DNA of 64,000 nucleotides from Eledone cirrhosa (Eukaryota): NCBI GenBank assembly GCA_964016885.1, contig OZ024743.1, positions 115,072,001 to 115,136,000 of the forward strand, read 5' to 3'. Shown piece by piece: positions 26,433 to 38,329 of this stretch (position 1 is its first letter; each line of letters starts with the position of its first letter). The notes under the pieces were generated by a model. It saw only the letters and a program-made list of their open reading frames with translations, ran no database searches and was not told where the DNA came from. The position numbers and the translations under genes were made by a program.

Positions 26433-28210
26433 GGTCAGAGTTTGTTTAATTATGACCTCGTTGTTTACAGGAGCGGTGTAAGAGCAATTTCATAGATATA
26501 TTTTATTTGTTCCGGTAAAAATTCGCCAATTACAACCAAGAGTAAATGGCGCCTTTGTAAAAAGATATACATGGTACTTTTGTAGTAAATCAATTAAATA
26601 ACATTTTGTTTTATAGGCACAAGGCCAGCAATTTTTGGGGAGGAGGAAGTCGATTCAATCGACCTCAGTATGTGACTGGTACTTTATTTTATCGACCCCG
26701 TAACGATGAAAGGCAAAGTTAACCTTCTTCGGGATTTGAACTCAGATCATAAAGGGGCAGAACACTATACTGCAAAGCATGGTGCCTGAAGTTGCAGTAA
26801 CATAGCGTGATTCATAATATACTATGTTTACGTTTAATGATCTTATCTCGCTATCAACATTTGAAACTATCGCAGTAGCTGTTGAGGTTGTTGTTTCAGG
26901 GTTACAGTTTAATATATATATCACTGTTTCCACTTTAGGCACAAGGCCAGAAATTATCCAGGGTATTACTGGTACTTTATTTTATCGACCCCGTAAGGAT
27001 GAAAGGCTAAGTCAACCTCGGCGGGATTTGAACTCAGATCGTAAAGGGAGGTAACTATGCTGGAAAGCATGGCATCCGACCCTCTACTGATACTGCCAAT
27101 CCACCGCAGTTTAATATATATATAACGTGTGGAAGTGTTGTACTCCCAGTCACTTAACCAGACCTGTCAACTCTCAGCGTCCGACGGCAGAGATTTGCAA
27201 TAGCCTTTGTGATGGGTGACAGATGTCTTCTCTTGTGAAAATTGGTAGAGCTTTCATTACGTAAAGTCTGCACATTTTCCCTCATTTCTCCTCGTTTTGG
27301 GGCACTTTTTTCATGGTATTCCCCATTTGGGGTTTCAGAGGTTGGCAGGTCTGCTTAACGCCAACGATACTTGGGATGGTTTGGAATTCAGATCGCGAGG
27401 GGCTGTAACTAATTAACTGAGTAATTAACGGTCGACATCTCATATACACAAACATATATATGCTTTATCCATCATCCATCCATCCATACATATATACAAT
27501 CATACATGAGCAATATGTCTACAGTCAGACAACTACAGGAAAGCATTTGATTGTGCTCCCCACGCTTGCATGATAGACGCCCTCCGACATTATTATCAGA
27601 GCCACAGAGAAGCTGTCATCTTCTTGGGCTACTAACCTAAAGTTAAAAACAGAGAAGGAGGAATCTATTTTCACTGATGAAATAGAATACTACGAGGGTA
27701 TATTTTAAGGAGACAGTCTATTTGTGTTACTATTTAGTCCTAACATTCCACCCTTCATCAGCTAAGTGCCCCACACTAGACCTACCTCTCCAATACCCAC
27801 CCTATATACACGCACCTCGTCCATCCAGTTCACACTTATAGGGTTAAAGCCGCCAGTCCACATAGTAAAGTAGCTGTTTTGGAGCTATGACAAAATGCGC
27901 CAAGTCTACACTATAAAATGGGCTTGTTGGTTTCACGAACAAAAAGCGAACAACCCACAATGTAAAATGGTAGTTTTGGTGCCAGGATAACAAGCACCAT
28001 GTCCACACTGTAAATGTGGTTATTGTTAGGAAGGGCATCCAGCCATAGAAAACAAACCAGAAATAGTTATGTATGAGTGAGACACGGTCATCTGACCTGA
28101 CTTGACTCACAAACGGACAGCTCTTCTAACCTATGTTAGCGTGGAAAAATGGACGTTAAAGGATGATATATATATATATATATATAATCTACAGTAACTG
28201 GACGTTACAT

Positions 28211-28263
<53 letters not shown>

Positions 28264-28790
28264 CACAGTGTACCCACGATAATCGCGGAATTTTACTTAG
28301 AACCTAGCTAATAATAGTTCGTGGAATCGTAAATAACTTCCGGGATGTATATTATGACTTTTTTCGTGGCAATATATATTTTTTAACATTAAATTATTTA
28401 TAACGATATACCGTATTTGCCGGCCTATTGGACGCCACTTCGCATAATACGTTACCCCATTTGTTTTAGTTATATCTTACGTTATATTTTCACGTTTATA
28501 AACATTTCTATGGACCACGCCCAATGTGTGCTCTAAGATCGTAATCCCCGCGAATACGTGGGGGACTACTGTATATAAAGAAAGAGAGCGAGGGAATGTG
28601 TGTCGAAGTTAAAGGAAAAGACAAATACATATATCCTTTTACATATACAACATTGTACGTCCGACCGCAGTACTGTTTCTTTATATCAAACCTAACTTGC
28701 TATGGTTGAGCAGTAGTTCGATTGTTTTCGTTAATATATTGCAACCAATAAGCAGCAATCGTAGAAAGAGAAAGGAAAATGAAAACAAAA

Positions 28791-30091
28791 TTAATTTTTA
28801 TTATCACACTTGTCTTCGAGACACTTGTAATAGTAAAAATCTAAAAATGCTATGGTTAGTTAGTTTATATATTTGGTTAACGCGGTAAATTGCGTTTTCT
28901 GTGGTTCTTAAAACTTCATAATAATACAAATTTACCAAAGAAAACAAACGTAAAATAAATAAGATAGTACAAAATAAATGTGCGTTACTACTAGTTGAAA
29001 CTTCAGTTAGAATACTAAACTTGTAGTAAAATTATATACACATACACTAGTACATATACAATAATATGTCTTCTTATTTCTGTTAGAAGTATTCAAGTCT
29101 TGACCTTCACGTCTTTTGGCAGGCATAATCATATAAAGTGTATTTTATTTATGCCAGTAGAGTCTGATTTGATGGTGAGTTGGCTGCTATTTCTAGCATA
29201 ACATACGATTGTCTACAGCAAGCATATCAATCATATACACCTGCGGCCCGCACAAGGGCTTTTTACAGTGCAAACATGATTTATCTTCGTAATATAAGAT
29301 TAAGAAAAATGTGTTGTAATATGCGCAATTAGTTGTCGTGTGTAGTCCTCTGACAACACATATATGTGAGCCATGTAGCCCTAGGGGGACCCCAGTTTGA
29401 TAGGCCTTGTCTACAGGCTCACACTGTTAGTAATATGATGTTGTTTAATCCCAGTTTAGTTTTGATAAATAAAATATATTACGAAAACCTTCCAGCTATG
29501 ACCATCCTATCATTTAGGGGTTATATTGAACTTTGCCGCGTTAAATTATAATTATTTTTTATAAAAATGTAATATGTAATTGTCGCCAGACAGAATGTTG
29601 CATCAGCCCACTATTTGGTAGTTTAGTATAATTTAATTCGCGACATTCAGGCTATGAAATTAACCATTACGCATCTAGAACCAAATTATCATTCCTTTTA
29701 TTTTTCTCATAAACAAATGTGTAAGATTTTTATGGTGATTTATCTATTATTTCGATATGGAGCAATATACTAACATTGCTTCATAATATCTAAATCTAAA
29801 CAATGTCTCAATACTGCAGGTTCATTAGGCCAGTGTTTATCCTGGATTCCTTGGCGTTAAGCGACTGAGAGTACAAATTACTTCCTTGAACAGAGTTTGT
29901 TAGGTGTGGTCATAATTATACTTTTTAACTTCTGAAGTAAACGTCGCACAATACAAAAGCTTATAAAACGTACATTCTATAATGTATAAATAAAGAGAAT
30001 ATATTGTAAGTAAAAGAGTGTAACCTTGCTGTGCTGAGATCAATCCTGTTCCTAGAAAACAAAGTACGAACACAAACATAATGCTTGCCAT
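28791..30091 (-). CDS. Candidate secreted peptide precursor, copy 6
   Basis: Exon 1 is 30091-30025 (the start of ORF 29900..30091) and exon 2 is 28840-28791. Confidence 0.5.
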
Positions 30092-30962
30092 GGTCAGAGT
30101 TTGTTTAATTATGACCTCGTTGTTTACAGGAGCGGTGTAAGAGCAATTTCATAGATATATTTTATTTGTTCCGGTAAAAATTCGCCAATTACAAACAAGA
30201 GTAAATGGCGCCTTTGTGAAAAGATATATATGGTACTTTTGTAGTAAATCAATTAAATATTGGTTTCTTTTATAGGCACAAGGCCAGCAATTTTGGGGGA
30301 GGAGGAAGTCGATTAAATCGACCTCAGTATGTGACTGGTACTTTATTTTATCGACCCCCGTAACGATGAAAGGCAAAGTTAACTTTCTCCAGGATTTGTA
30401 CTCAGATCATAAAGGGGCATAACACTATACTGCAAAGCATGGTGCCTGAAGTTGCAGTAACATAGCGTGATTCATAATATACTATGTTTACGTTTAATGA
30501 TCTTATCTCGCTATCAACATTTGAAACTATCGCAGTAGCTGTTGAGGTTGTTGTTTCAGGGTTACAGTTTAATATATATATATAACGTGTGGAAGTGTTG
30601 TACTCCCAGTCACTTAACCAGACCTGTCAACTCTCGGCGTCCGACAGCAGAGATTTGCAATAGCCTTTGGGATGGGTGACAGATGTCTTCTCTTGTGAAA
30701 ATTGGTATAGCTTTCATTACGTAAAGTCTGCACATGTTGCCTCATTTCTCCTCGTTTTGGAGCACTTTTTTCATGGTATTCCCCATTTGGGTTTTCAGAG
30801 ATCGGCAGGTCTGCTTAATGCCAACGAAACTTGGGATCGTTTGGAATTCAGATCGTGAGGGCCTGTAACTAACAGTAATTAACGCGCGACTATTCATACA
30901 TATGCACAAACATATATATGATTTTTCCATCATCCATCCATCCATACATATATACAGTCATA

Positions 30963-31745
30963 CATGTCATAAGCAGCTGTCCAAAGATGTCATCGCGGTT
31001 CTATCTACCTATGAGGCATGATGTGCAATCCGTAGAAAAGATATCCCCGGCAATAACACATTAAAAGCTATAGCAATGTGGAAGATATATATATAATATA
31101 CATAATATGAAAGAATACTAGTGGAATGTTCCAGTAAACCCCACAATAAAATGCAGGTATAACAGACCAGATATAATAATATGGGACAGGGGAAAGAAAG
31201 CATGCACAGTAGTTGAAGTTAGCTGCCAATATAATATCAAAGATTAACGAAAAGCAGAATATCTATGCAGAACCAATGAGAAATCTACAGATACTCCACT
31301 CTGTCTATACCTTCAGATTTATGCTTGTGATTATTGGGGCACTGGCATATGTAAGTAACTGTCTCAGTACAAATCTTGAGAGGCTGGACTTCACAGAAGC
31401 AGAAATAACACGACTAGTTAGGAAATTACAAGTACAATCCATTAATGGAATAGTCAAAATATGTAAAACATTCTAAAAATTCTCTATCTGATAACTGCAT
31501 ACACACTTGTACAGATACAAATCATACGCACATGCACATATACAACTCGAAACATCCACATCCACACATACAATAGCTTCCAAATCTGCACACACATGCA
31601 TGCATACATGCATACATATCTACCTAGTTGATGTGTAAATTCCAATGAGAGAGTCTTGTTTCTCTGTTAGAAACCGACTCTTTCTCTATTTGTAAAAATT
31701 TGTGAAATTATAAAACAAGAAGAACACACATCCATCCATACATAC
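30963..31745 (+). mobile_element. 3' fragment of an R4/Dong-like LINE, paralog of 36-665
   Basis: HVISSCPKMSSRFYLPMRHD, NRPDIIIWD and VIIGALAYV..RKLQVQSINGIVKICKTF. catccatccatacata flanks both ends (TSD-like). Confidence 0.8.
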
Positions 31746-31989
31746 ATATATATGAAGAGAAGTTTTGGGGTATTGTGGGAGAGGTTGATAAACACGACAA
31801 ATACCTATAATTCTATTTGGATATATAACTTTAATTCATTTCAGCAAAAAGGACAATACTTTCATAAATCATAAATATAAAGATTGATTTTAGTATTAAC
31901 AAATGAATATAATGTTCAAAAATGCTTTTGCAATGTTCCCCTAAAAAGTGAAAAGTTGTCGTCAGACAGTACGTGCCAGCATAATTAGT

Positions 31990-33250
31990 AGTAAGCTCAC
32001 AGTAGCAAAGAAGCTGTATTGTCAATATGAAAAGGCAGGTGGCTCCGTGTGGTCGACGTGCCAATGGAAGAATTGCTGTCGGGCCCTTGTCGAGACATCA
32101 CATCCGTATTTGATGAGTATTCTTCATACGTCCTTTAGCTAATGCCACCCTGTTCTCCATATCTCTCTTCAGAGCTTTAAGTTTGTATTTTATGACATCT
32201 CTAAACCACTTCGTTTGTTTATGCTGTGGCATTTTCCTCTGGTCAGCTCCCCATAAAATAACTGTTTAGGTAGCCTTCCCTTTTCCATCCTAACCACATG
32301 ACCAGCCCAACACACCTTGTTCATAATAATCTACTTCTCAATACCGGCGTTGCCCGCTTTTTCAAGTATAGCAGCATCAGATCTGTACGAGGATCACTCG
32401 ATGTTCAGGATGCTTTGGATACAATGTTGATGAAACTGGTCTAGCTGTTTAATATTTTGCCTGCAGGTTGTCCACGTTTCACATCCGTAGAGCTTTGTAT
32501 CTTTCGTGATACCATATCTGATCAGCTTCCCGAAGGCAAAGTTCGCTTTCGTTATTCTGGATATATTTCAGCATTGAAGGTACCATCTCTGTTATGTATA
32601 TCCGAGATACACAAAGCTGTCTACCACATGAAGTCATTTTCCTCGCACGAAAATGTGTAGCTCTACATTCACTTCTCCCAGTGGAGTGTGCATGGCCTTT
32701 GTCTTTATTATGAAAATATTTAGTCTAAATCCAGTGACATATGAGTCCCACTAGATCTTTGATTAGGATCTCCCTATCTTTTGACTTCAATGGTACCACG
32801 TTTGAGGGCTGTGGGCCCAAAGCTTGCCCTTTTGTGCTGTATAATACCTTTAAGCCTCTGCAGTTAGAAGCTCTCTTCTTCTCTGCTGAATCTTCAGACC
32901 AGTTATTCTTCATCTTTCCAGTTGCAGTTTTAACTTTGGTTCTCCGAAGGCCTTCTCAAACGTGGTCTTCACTGGACTCTCTGCAACAAGACACTTCTCA
33001 TACAGCTTGTTTTTCTCTTTAATGAGGATAGTGATTGCAGCATCCTTGTGATCAAACTAGTCTTAGTGTTTTCTCTTCTTCAACGCCACTACATCAATCA
33101 CAGCACTGTCAACCCGTGTTTTAAATTGTTCCTAAGCTCCATCAAAAACAACGTTAAGTGCATTATAAAGAGGATCTCCTATTTCTAAACAATGCAGTCT
33201 GGACATATCTATACGTTTTGATACTTGTACCCCTGCTGTCCTCACCTTTC
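31990..33250 (-). mobile_element. RTE/BovB-like LINE relic with internal deletions
   Basis: Reverse translation near 32150-32320 gives WAGHVVRM..GRLPKQL.YGEL. ORF 32725-32913 (GPQPSNVVPLKSKD) resembles the EN-RT linker. Confidence 0.7.
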
Positions 33251-33269
33251 CTCTGATCTACACATATTG

Positions 33270-35591
33270 CTTGGTGTTCATTTTCGTGTGAGAAATAAAT
33301 TAATAAATTTTAAAAAGCATGCCATCACCCCTACCCCTGCATTTTGAATACTGAAAATTTAAGGAACTGTAAACTTGTTTTAATGCTATTAACTTTGTAT
33401 TGGATAAATATTACCTATATACCTTTTTATAAATTATATGCACCCCGCACCTGGAAAAAAAAACAGTTATTGGAATTTATTTCTTTATATAGTTTGTATT
33501 AATTTTTTTATAAAAATAAGCCTATATTAAGAAAAGCATTTTCAATGTATAAATAATGTAATTTCTTAACGACTATTATGATATGCAATAAAAAAAAACT
33601 ACGCACGAACCACAAACGAAATACAGGAACAGTGAACACCATAAAATAAGCATTAATTGTCTTTACTATTTAATTAAATGGCCTTTGTCTTTTCCAGTCA
33701 AATAAGGTAAAGTTTGTCTTGATTTCTGTACATTTAATATGAATTTGTGCCTATTTTCGTACTATTCTGACTTTAGAAGCTTTTGTCACTAAATTGAGAG
33801 CATGCTCGACTCCTTGGCTATAAACAGGGAAGAGGTATTGCTATAGAGGTCCTGAACGAGCTTTAAGAAGATCAACATTTATAATGTTCCGTAAAACAGG
33901 AGTGAATGTTATTGCTTCAACATATTTTTTAAATTTTATTGCCAATTAAGCCTTTTGATATTCGTAGTCCTGTTGTTTTTCCATCTATAGATTCAAATAC
34001 ATCTCGAAACGGAAGCTCATTTGTATGTAGCAGGAATATAAGACACTGAAGTGGTTTATTTAAGTATAATTCAATTATTTTAATTACCCCTCCTAAATGA
34101 CTAGTGTTTACTGGAGTGCCATCACATAATATATCCTTTAACATTTCTTGAATGTCAGAATCAATTTGAAGAAGTAATAATTTCTTCTGCAATGCAACAA
34201 GCTGTTCTATTATCTGGGGAAACGCGATCTAAATACTCATCACCGGGCTCTTTCAGTTTTAGTTTTATCCTTTCCGCCAGCAAAACTGTGGCAGTTGAGC
34301 TTTATATTTTCTGTTTTCATTTTTATAATATTGTTTTTTCCAACTCTTTTTCTTTCTATTTCAACTTTTCTTTCTTTCACTAGCATATTTTTATTATTTA
34401 ACATTCCCATATCTCTCAAAGCTGCATTAACAATGGCAGCAGCAGCTCTGTAACGTACCCGGTATCTGTCTGCTGCGATGGCTAGATTCTCATAAGTAAA
34501 TCTGCTTTGTCATTTTGCTCTGAGTTCATTGTCAGGAACAAAGTGGATGTCATTGTCATCATTGTCACATGAGTCACAACTATCTTCATTAATATCACTT
34601 GGGCACTGATAACTAGTTGAATCAACGTCCATGTCTAAGTGCATCTTTGCCTCCCTGTTTTCAAATCTTTGCGCTCTTTCTGTAGTTCTTTGTCTACCTG
34701 AAGTTATTTAACTATCTACAGGCCCTAACTGATTAAATCTTTTTTCTGTCTAACAAATGATTCCTATTCCATTATTGGTATTCTTATGTCACACCCACAG
34801 TCAAATCTTTTTATTTGTTTGTCATAACACGTGCGGGTACATAATTCAAACATTTCATTGAAGTCCTCTAATTTCTTATCAAAACTATCTCCTCTTTGCT
34901 TGATAGGTATTTTGTTTAATTTATAAGCAGATTCAATCAATCTCTCAATTTATAGAGCTATACCCTGAAACCAAATATAAGGGAAAGAAAATTTGTCCCA
35001 TATTGATTCCACATCTGCAGCAACAATCCGGTAGCATTCTTTCGCTGTGGGTGAAGATTTTGATATCTGTTCTTCACGTTTTCCTATGTATAAATAATGT
35101 CGGAATACATCAGCCTTTGATGGGAAATTTGCTATAGGAAATTCTGCAGGAAATCCGAATGCTGAATTACGGCTTTTACTTTTAGTTGCCATTATAGAAT
35201 TTTGTATACTTAAATTATTACAGTTTAAATATATGTAGGTATTTTTGTAAAATTTTAATACAATTTAGCTCTGAAATAATCTGAAAATCAGAAGACAATC
35301 ATTTAACAAATCTATACATTTTCTAAAATAAAATTAATTTAACACATATTGAAAAGTTGTATTTTTACCATGTTGGAGGTGTACCTACCTACCAATTGTC
35401 TTATATCTCAATGTTTTTGCTATCTTTACTTACTCATCAGATCTTTTAAACAACGTTTCTACAGTGAAATATGGTCAAATGTTTCATATCCACAAGTAAT
35501 TTAGTATATATGTGTTAGAGATTAATATAGAAAATTAGAGTATTTAATTGTCGAGGGTGTATGCGAGTGGTACTGGGGTCACATAACCCTA
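33270..35591 (-). mobile_element. Degraded DNA transposon, hAT superfamily (hATm-like)
   Basis: LCDGTPVNT..GGVI..IELYLNKPLQCLIFLLHTNELPFR..DGKTTG (first catalytic D plus a decayed CxxH), C-terminal YSQGVEHALNLVTKAS, and N-terminal ORF 34950-35192. The right terminus reads TAGGGTTATG on the minus strand. The left end is uncertain. Confidence 0.65.
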
Positions 35592-35633
35592 AGTTTCATA
35601 TAATTTATGATGTAATAGTAAGACAAACACAGG

Positions 35634-35672
<39 letters not shown>

Positions 35673-36159
35673 ATTATATATATAACCTGTACATATAAAT
35701 GTACATTAATAGAAAAAGAACCAAGCTTTACTTAAAACATATCTTTATTCTACATGTAATTCAGTATAGAGCAGTGGAACATATCACAATATACACGAGG
35801 CATTTGTTTATCGCTCTACATATCCTTAGGAGTCCAGATATTGTTCGAAGTATCAACAGTATTACATACATGAGATGACTCCATACAACAGATAAGGTTC
35901 ATACCATATCAATAACGAATAAATAGCAAAGTAAAAGTAAAGGCAAACGCAAACCAAAAGCAGTATATCAAATGTTGAGTTTATGGATATATAAGAAAAT
36001 ATTCAACAGACAGAGGATCAAAAATTAGAAAAGGATTAGAGTACCTGTATATACAATATTAGATGAAAACATAATGTTTGTATATTGACCAGAAATAAGA
36101 AGGAGGACCACGGATAATACACGTCGAAATTGTAAGTTGAATGTTTGGCATAATGTTTC

Positions 36160-37460
36160 TTCGTATCTTAAGGATACTTAGCTTAATTAAAACATCAAGT
36201 GAGTGGGAAAGTGATCGAAGATTTTTTTCGGTCCTCTCCGTTTCGTTTCAATATTATTATTTAAACTCCCAAGGATAACCCGCATCGAAATTTACTCTCT
36301 TTATTATAGTTCAATTTAATAATTGTTTGCAATTTTTTTCTAAGCTTTCTACTTGAAAGCCCTGGTCGAGTGCTTTTTTGGTACACATTTTCTTTGTTTA
36401 TTTTGTAAAAATGTGTAAGCGTGGTCTTCGAAGCAATGGCTGCCTGATGAATTCACATCAGGGTTACATGCCACTGAGAGTGAAGATTATTCCTGTAATG
36501 GTAATCTCATACGAAAACAGACAGGCACGAATCTGTTCCGAAGATGCTAATTTTTCTCGCTGATGAAGCTACTCTTAACCGAAATTACGTAAGGCTTAAT
36601 AGCATTAGCTAATATTCTGTGAGCGCCAGGTCTACATGGACTGGCGTCAGCAGATAGATTAGTGGAAACTAATTAATTAGTGACGAAAGATGGAATCTAA
36701 TTCTCAGCCGACACCGAAATCGTTCTTCTTACTGTTTAGCTTATTAGTGTGCACTATATTTTCATTTGGGTTTGTATCTTAAGGATACTTAGCTAAATTA
36801 AAACATCGAGTGAGTGGGAAAGTGATAGAAGATTTTTATCGATCCTCTCCGATGACTTCGTTTCAGTATTATTATGGCAGTATCGGTAGAGAGTCGGACA
36901 CCATGCTTTGAAGCATAGAGATATGTCCCTTTATGATCTGAGTTCAAATCCCGTCAAGGTTAACTTTGACTCTCATCCTTACGGGGTCGATAAAATAAAG
37001 TACCAGTATTGTACTGGCTAATTGCTGGCCTTGTGTCAAAAGTAAGAACAATTATTTAAACTCCCAGGGATAACCCGCATCGAAATTGTAAGTTGAACTT
37101 TTTACTCTGTTTATTATAGTTCAATTTAATAATCGTTTGCAATTTTTTTCTTCGCTTTCTACTTGAAAGCCCTGGTCGACTGCTTTTTGGTACACTCTTT
37201 CTTTGTTTATTTTGAAAAATGTGTCAGCGTGGTCTTCGAAGCAGTAGCTGCCTAATGCATTCCCATCAGGGTTACATGACACTGAGCTGATCAGTGGCGA
37301 AACGCGCGTCACCTACCAATAAATGTAATGAAGGAGTAACCAATCGTCCTTGTTATCTTTTCAATATAATACACTCTGTATAGCTTTACACCTCGACGGA
37401 GAAGTGAACCTAAACATCGAGTTGTCACCCGGGTGAACCTACATAACTCCAAGTTACACT
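36160..37460 (+). repeat. ~310-bp direct repeat pair (36160-36475 and 36772-37285), PLE pseudo-LTR-like
   Basis: cttaaggatacttagct...cagggttacatg is duplicated. The second copy carries a SINE and ends in an HHR-like ...GGCGAAACGCGCGTC. Confidence 0.65.
36874..37052 (+). mobile_element. tRNA-derived SINE
   Basis: A-box tggcagtatcgg and B-box gagttcaaatcc. Absent from the sister repeat at ~36255. Confidence 0.85.
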
Positions 37461-37638
37461 CCCAAGCTATATATATATATATGTTTCAGAAGATCCCGTT
37501 AAGGGTGAAACCAGCGATTATTTCCTTAAACTTTAATCTGTTATTTTAATAAATATTTGCTCTACGGTTCTTATATATCTGATATATATTTGTCCTTATC
37601 GAGCCCTCTTTGGATTATAGTCTTCAAATTTATTATTA

Positions 37639-37668
<30 letters not shown>

Positions 37669-37676
<8 letters not shown>

Positions 37677-38216
37677 GTTGAGAAGGTAACACACCAGAGA
37701 GAGATATATAGTGCGTTATCAATAATACAGGGAAAAAACCACCAGTGTATGGAATCTATAACCTATGAAAGGCAGACTATTTACACGATAATTAAAAATA
37801 TAAATTAAAGCGTAAATAAATACCTCTATAACTATATAACACACGTACAAATCCAGAGATATGTTTCACCAGAAAAATTGTTGAAAGAAATGTTAGTCTC
37901 GGTTCATCAGCGTGTATAAGGCTATACATTTCAGACAACACTAAGAGAATTTTACAATTGACTGTCCAGCTACACGTGGGAGAGAGAAGTCACAGCGTGT
38001 TTAAGGGCAGTGAACCAGTGGCCTCTGAGAGACGAACTGCTAGAAAGGGCAGCCCAAAGCCACTCAGAGAAGAGTGCTCAACCAAACAGAGGTAGGAAAG
38101 GCTGTTGTTAGGAGCGAAATATAGATTATAGATTTCATACACTGGTGGTTTTTTCCCTGTATTATTGATAACGCACTATATATCTCTCTCTGGTGTGTTA
38201 CCTTCTCAACATATTA
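37669..38216. repeat. ~95-bp inverted repeat pair enclosing an HHR (PLE-type inversion)
   Basis: 37669-37765 is the near-perfect reverse complement of 38120-38216. Confidence 0.85.
37840..37916 (-). ncRNA. Type I hammerhead ribozyme with a full stem III
   Basis: Minus strand reads TACACG-CTGATGA-ACCGAGA..TCTGGT-GAAA-CATATC-tctg-GATTTG-TA-CGTGTG. Confidence 0.7.
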
Positions 38217-38329
38217 TATTCTAAAGGGCTCAGGATCTCTTCCCCTTTGAGCACATTATTTACAGGGAATAACGACGGCCTATGCCTCCGTTAATTTATC
38301 GTGATATATATATATATATATATACTTGA

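Larger units (their letters stand above)
9187..30966. repeat. Tandem array of six ~3.65-kb units
   Basis: The junction catacatg|agcaatatg recurs at 12925, 16572, 20225, 23871 and 27508. The landmark ATG recurs at 11853, 15492, 19149, 22795, 26432 and 30091 (spacings 3639, 3657, 3646, 3637, 3659). Confidence 0.97.

Noticed and set aside
12159-29551. Recurrent 60-95 aa ORFs in each unit (MFTFNDL.., MSQVRSDD.., MSHVALGG.., MTDVFSC..)
   Set aside because: They recur only because of the recent duplication. Most overlap SINEs or MITEs, several use non-ATG starts, and MTDVFSC is broken in some units.
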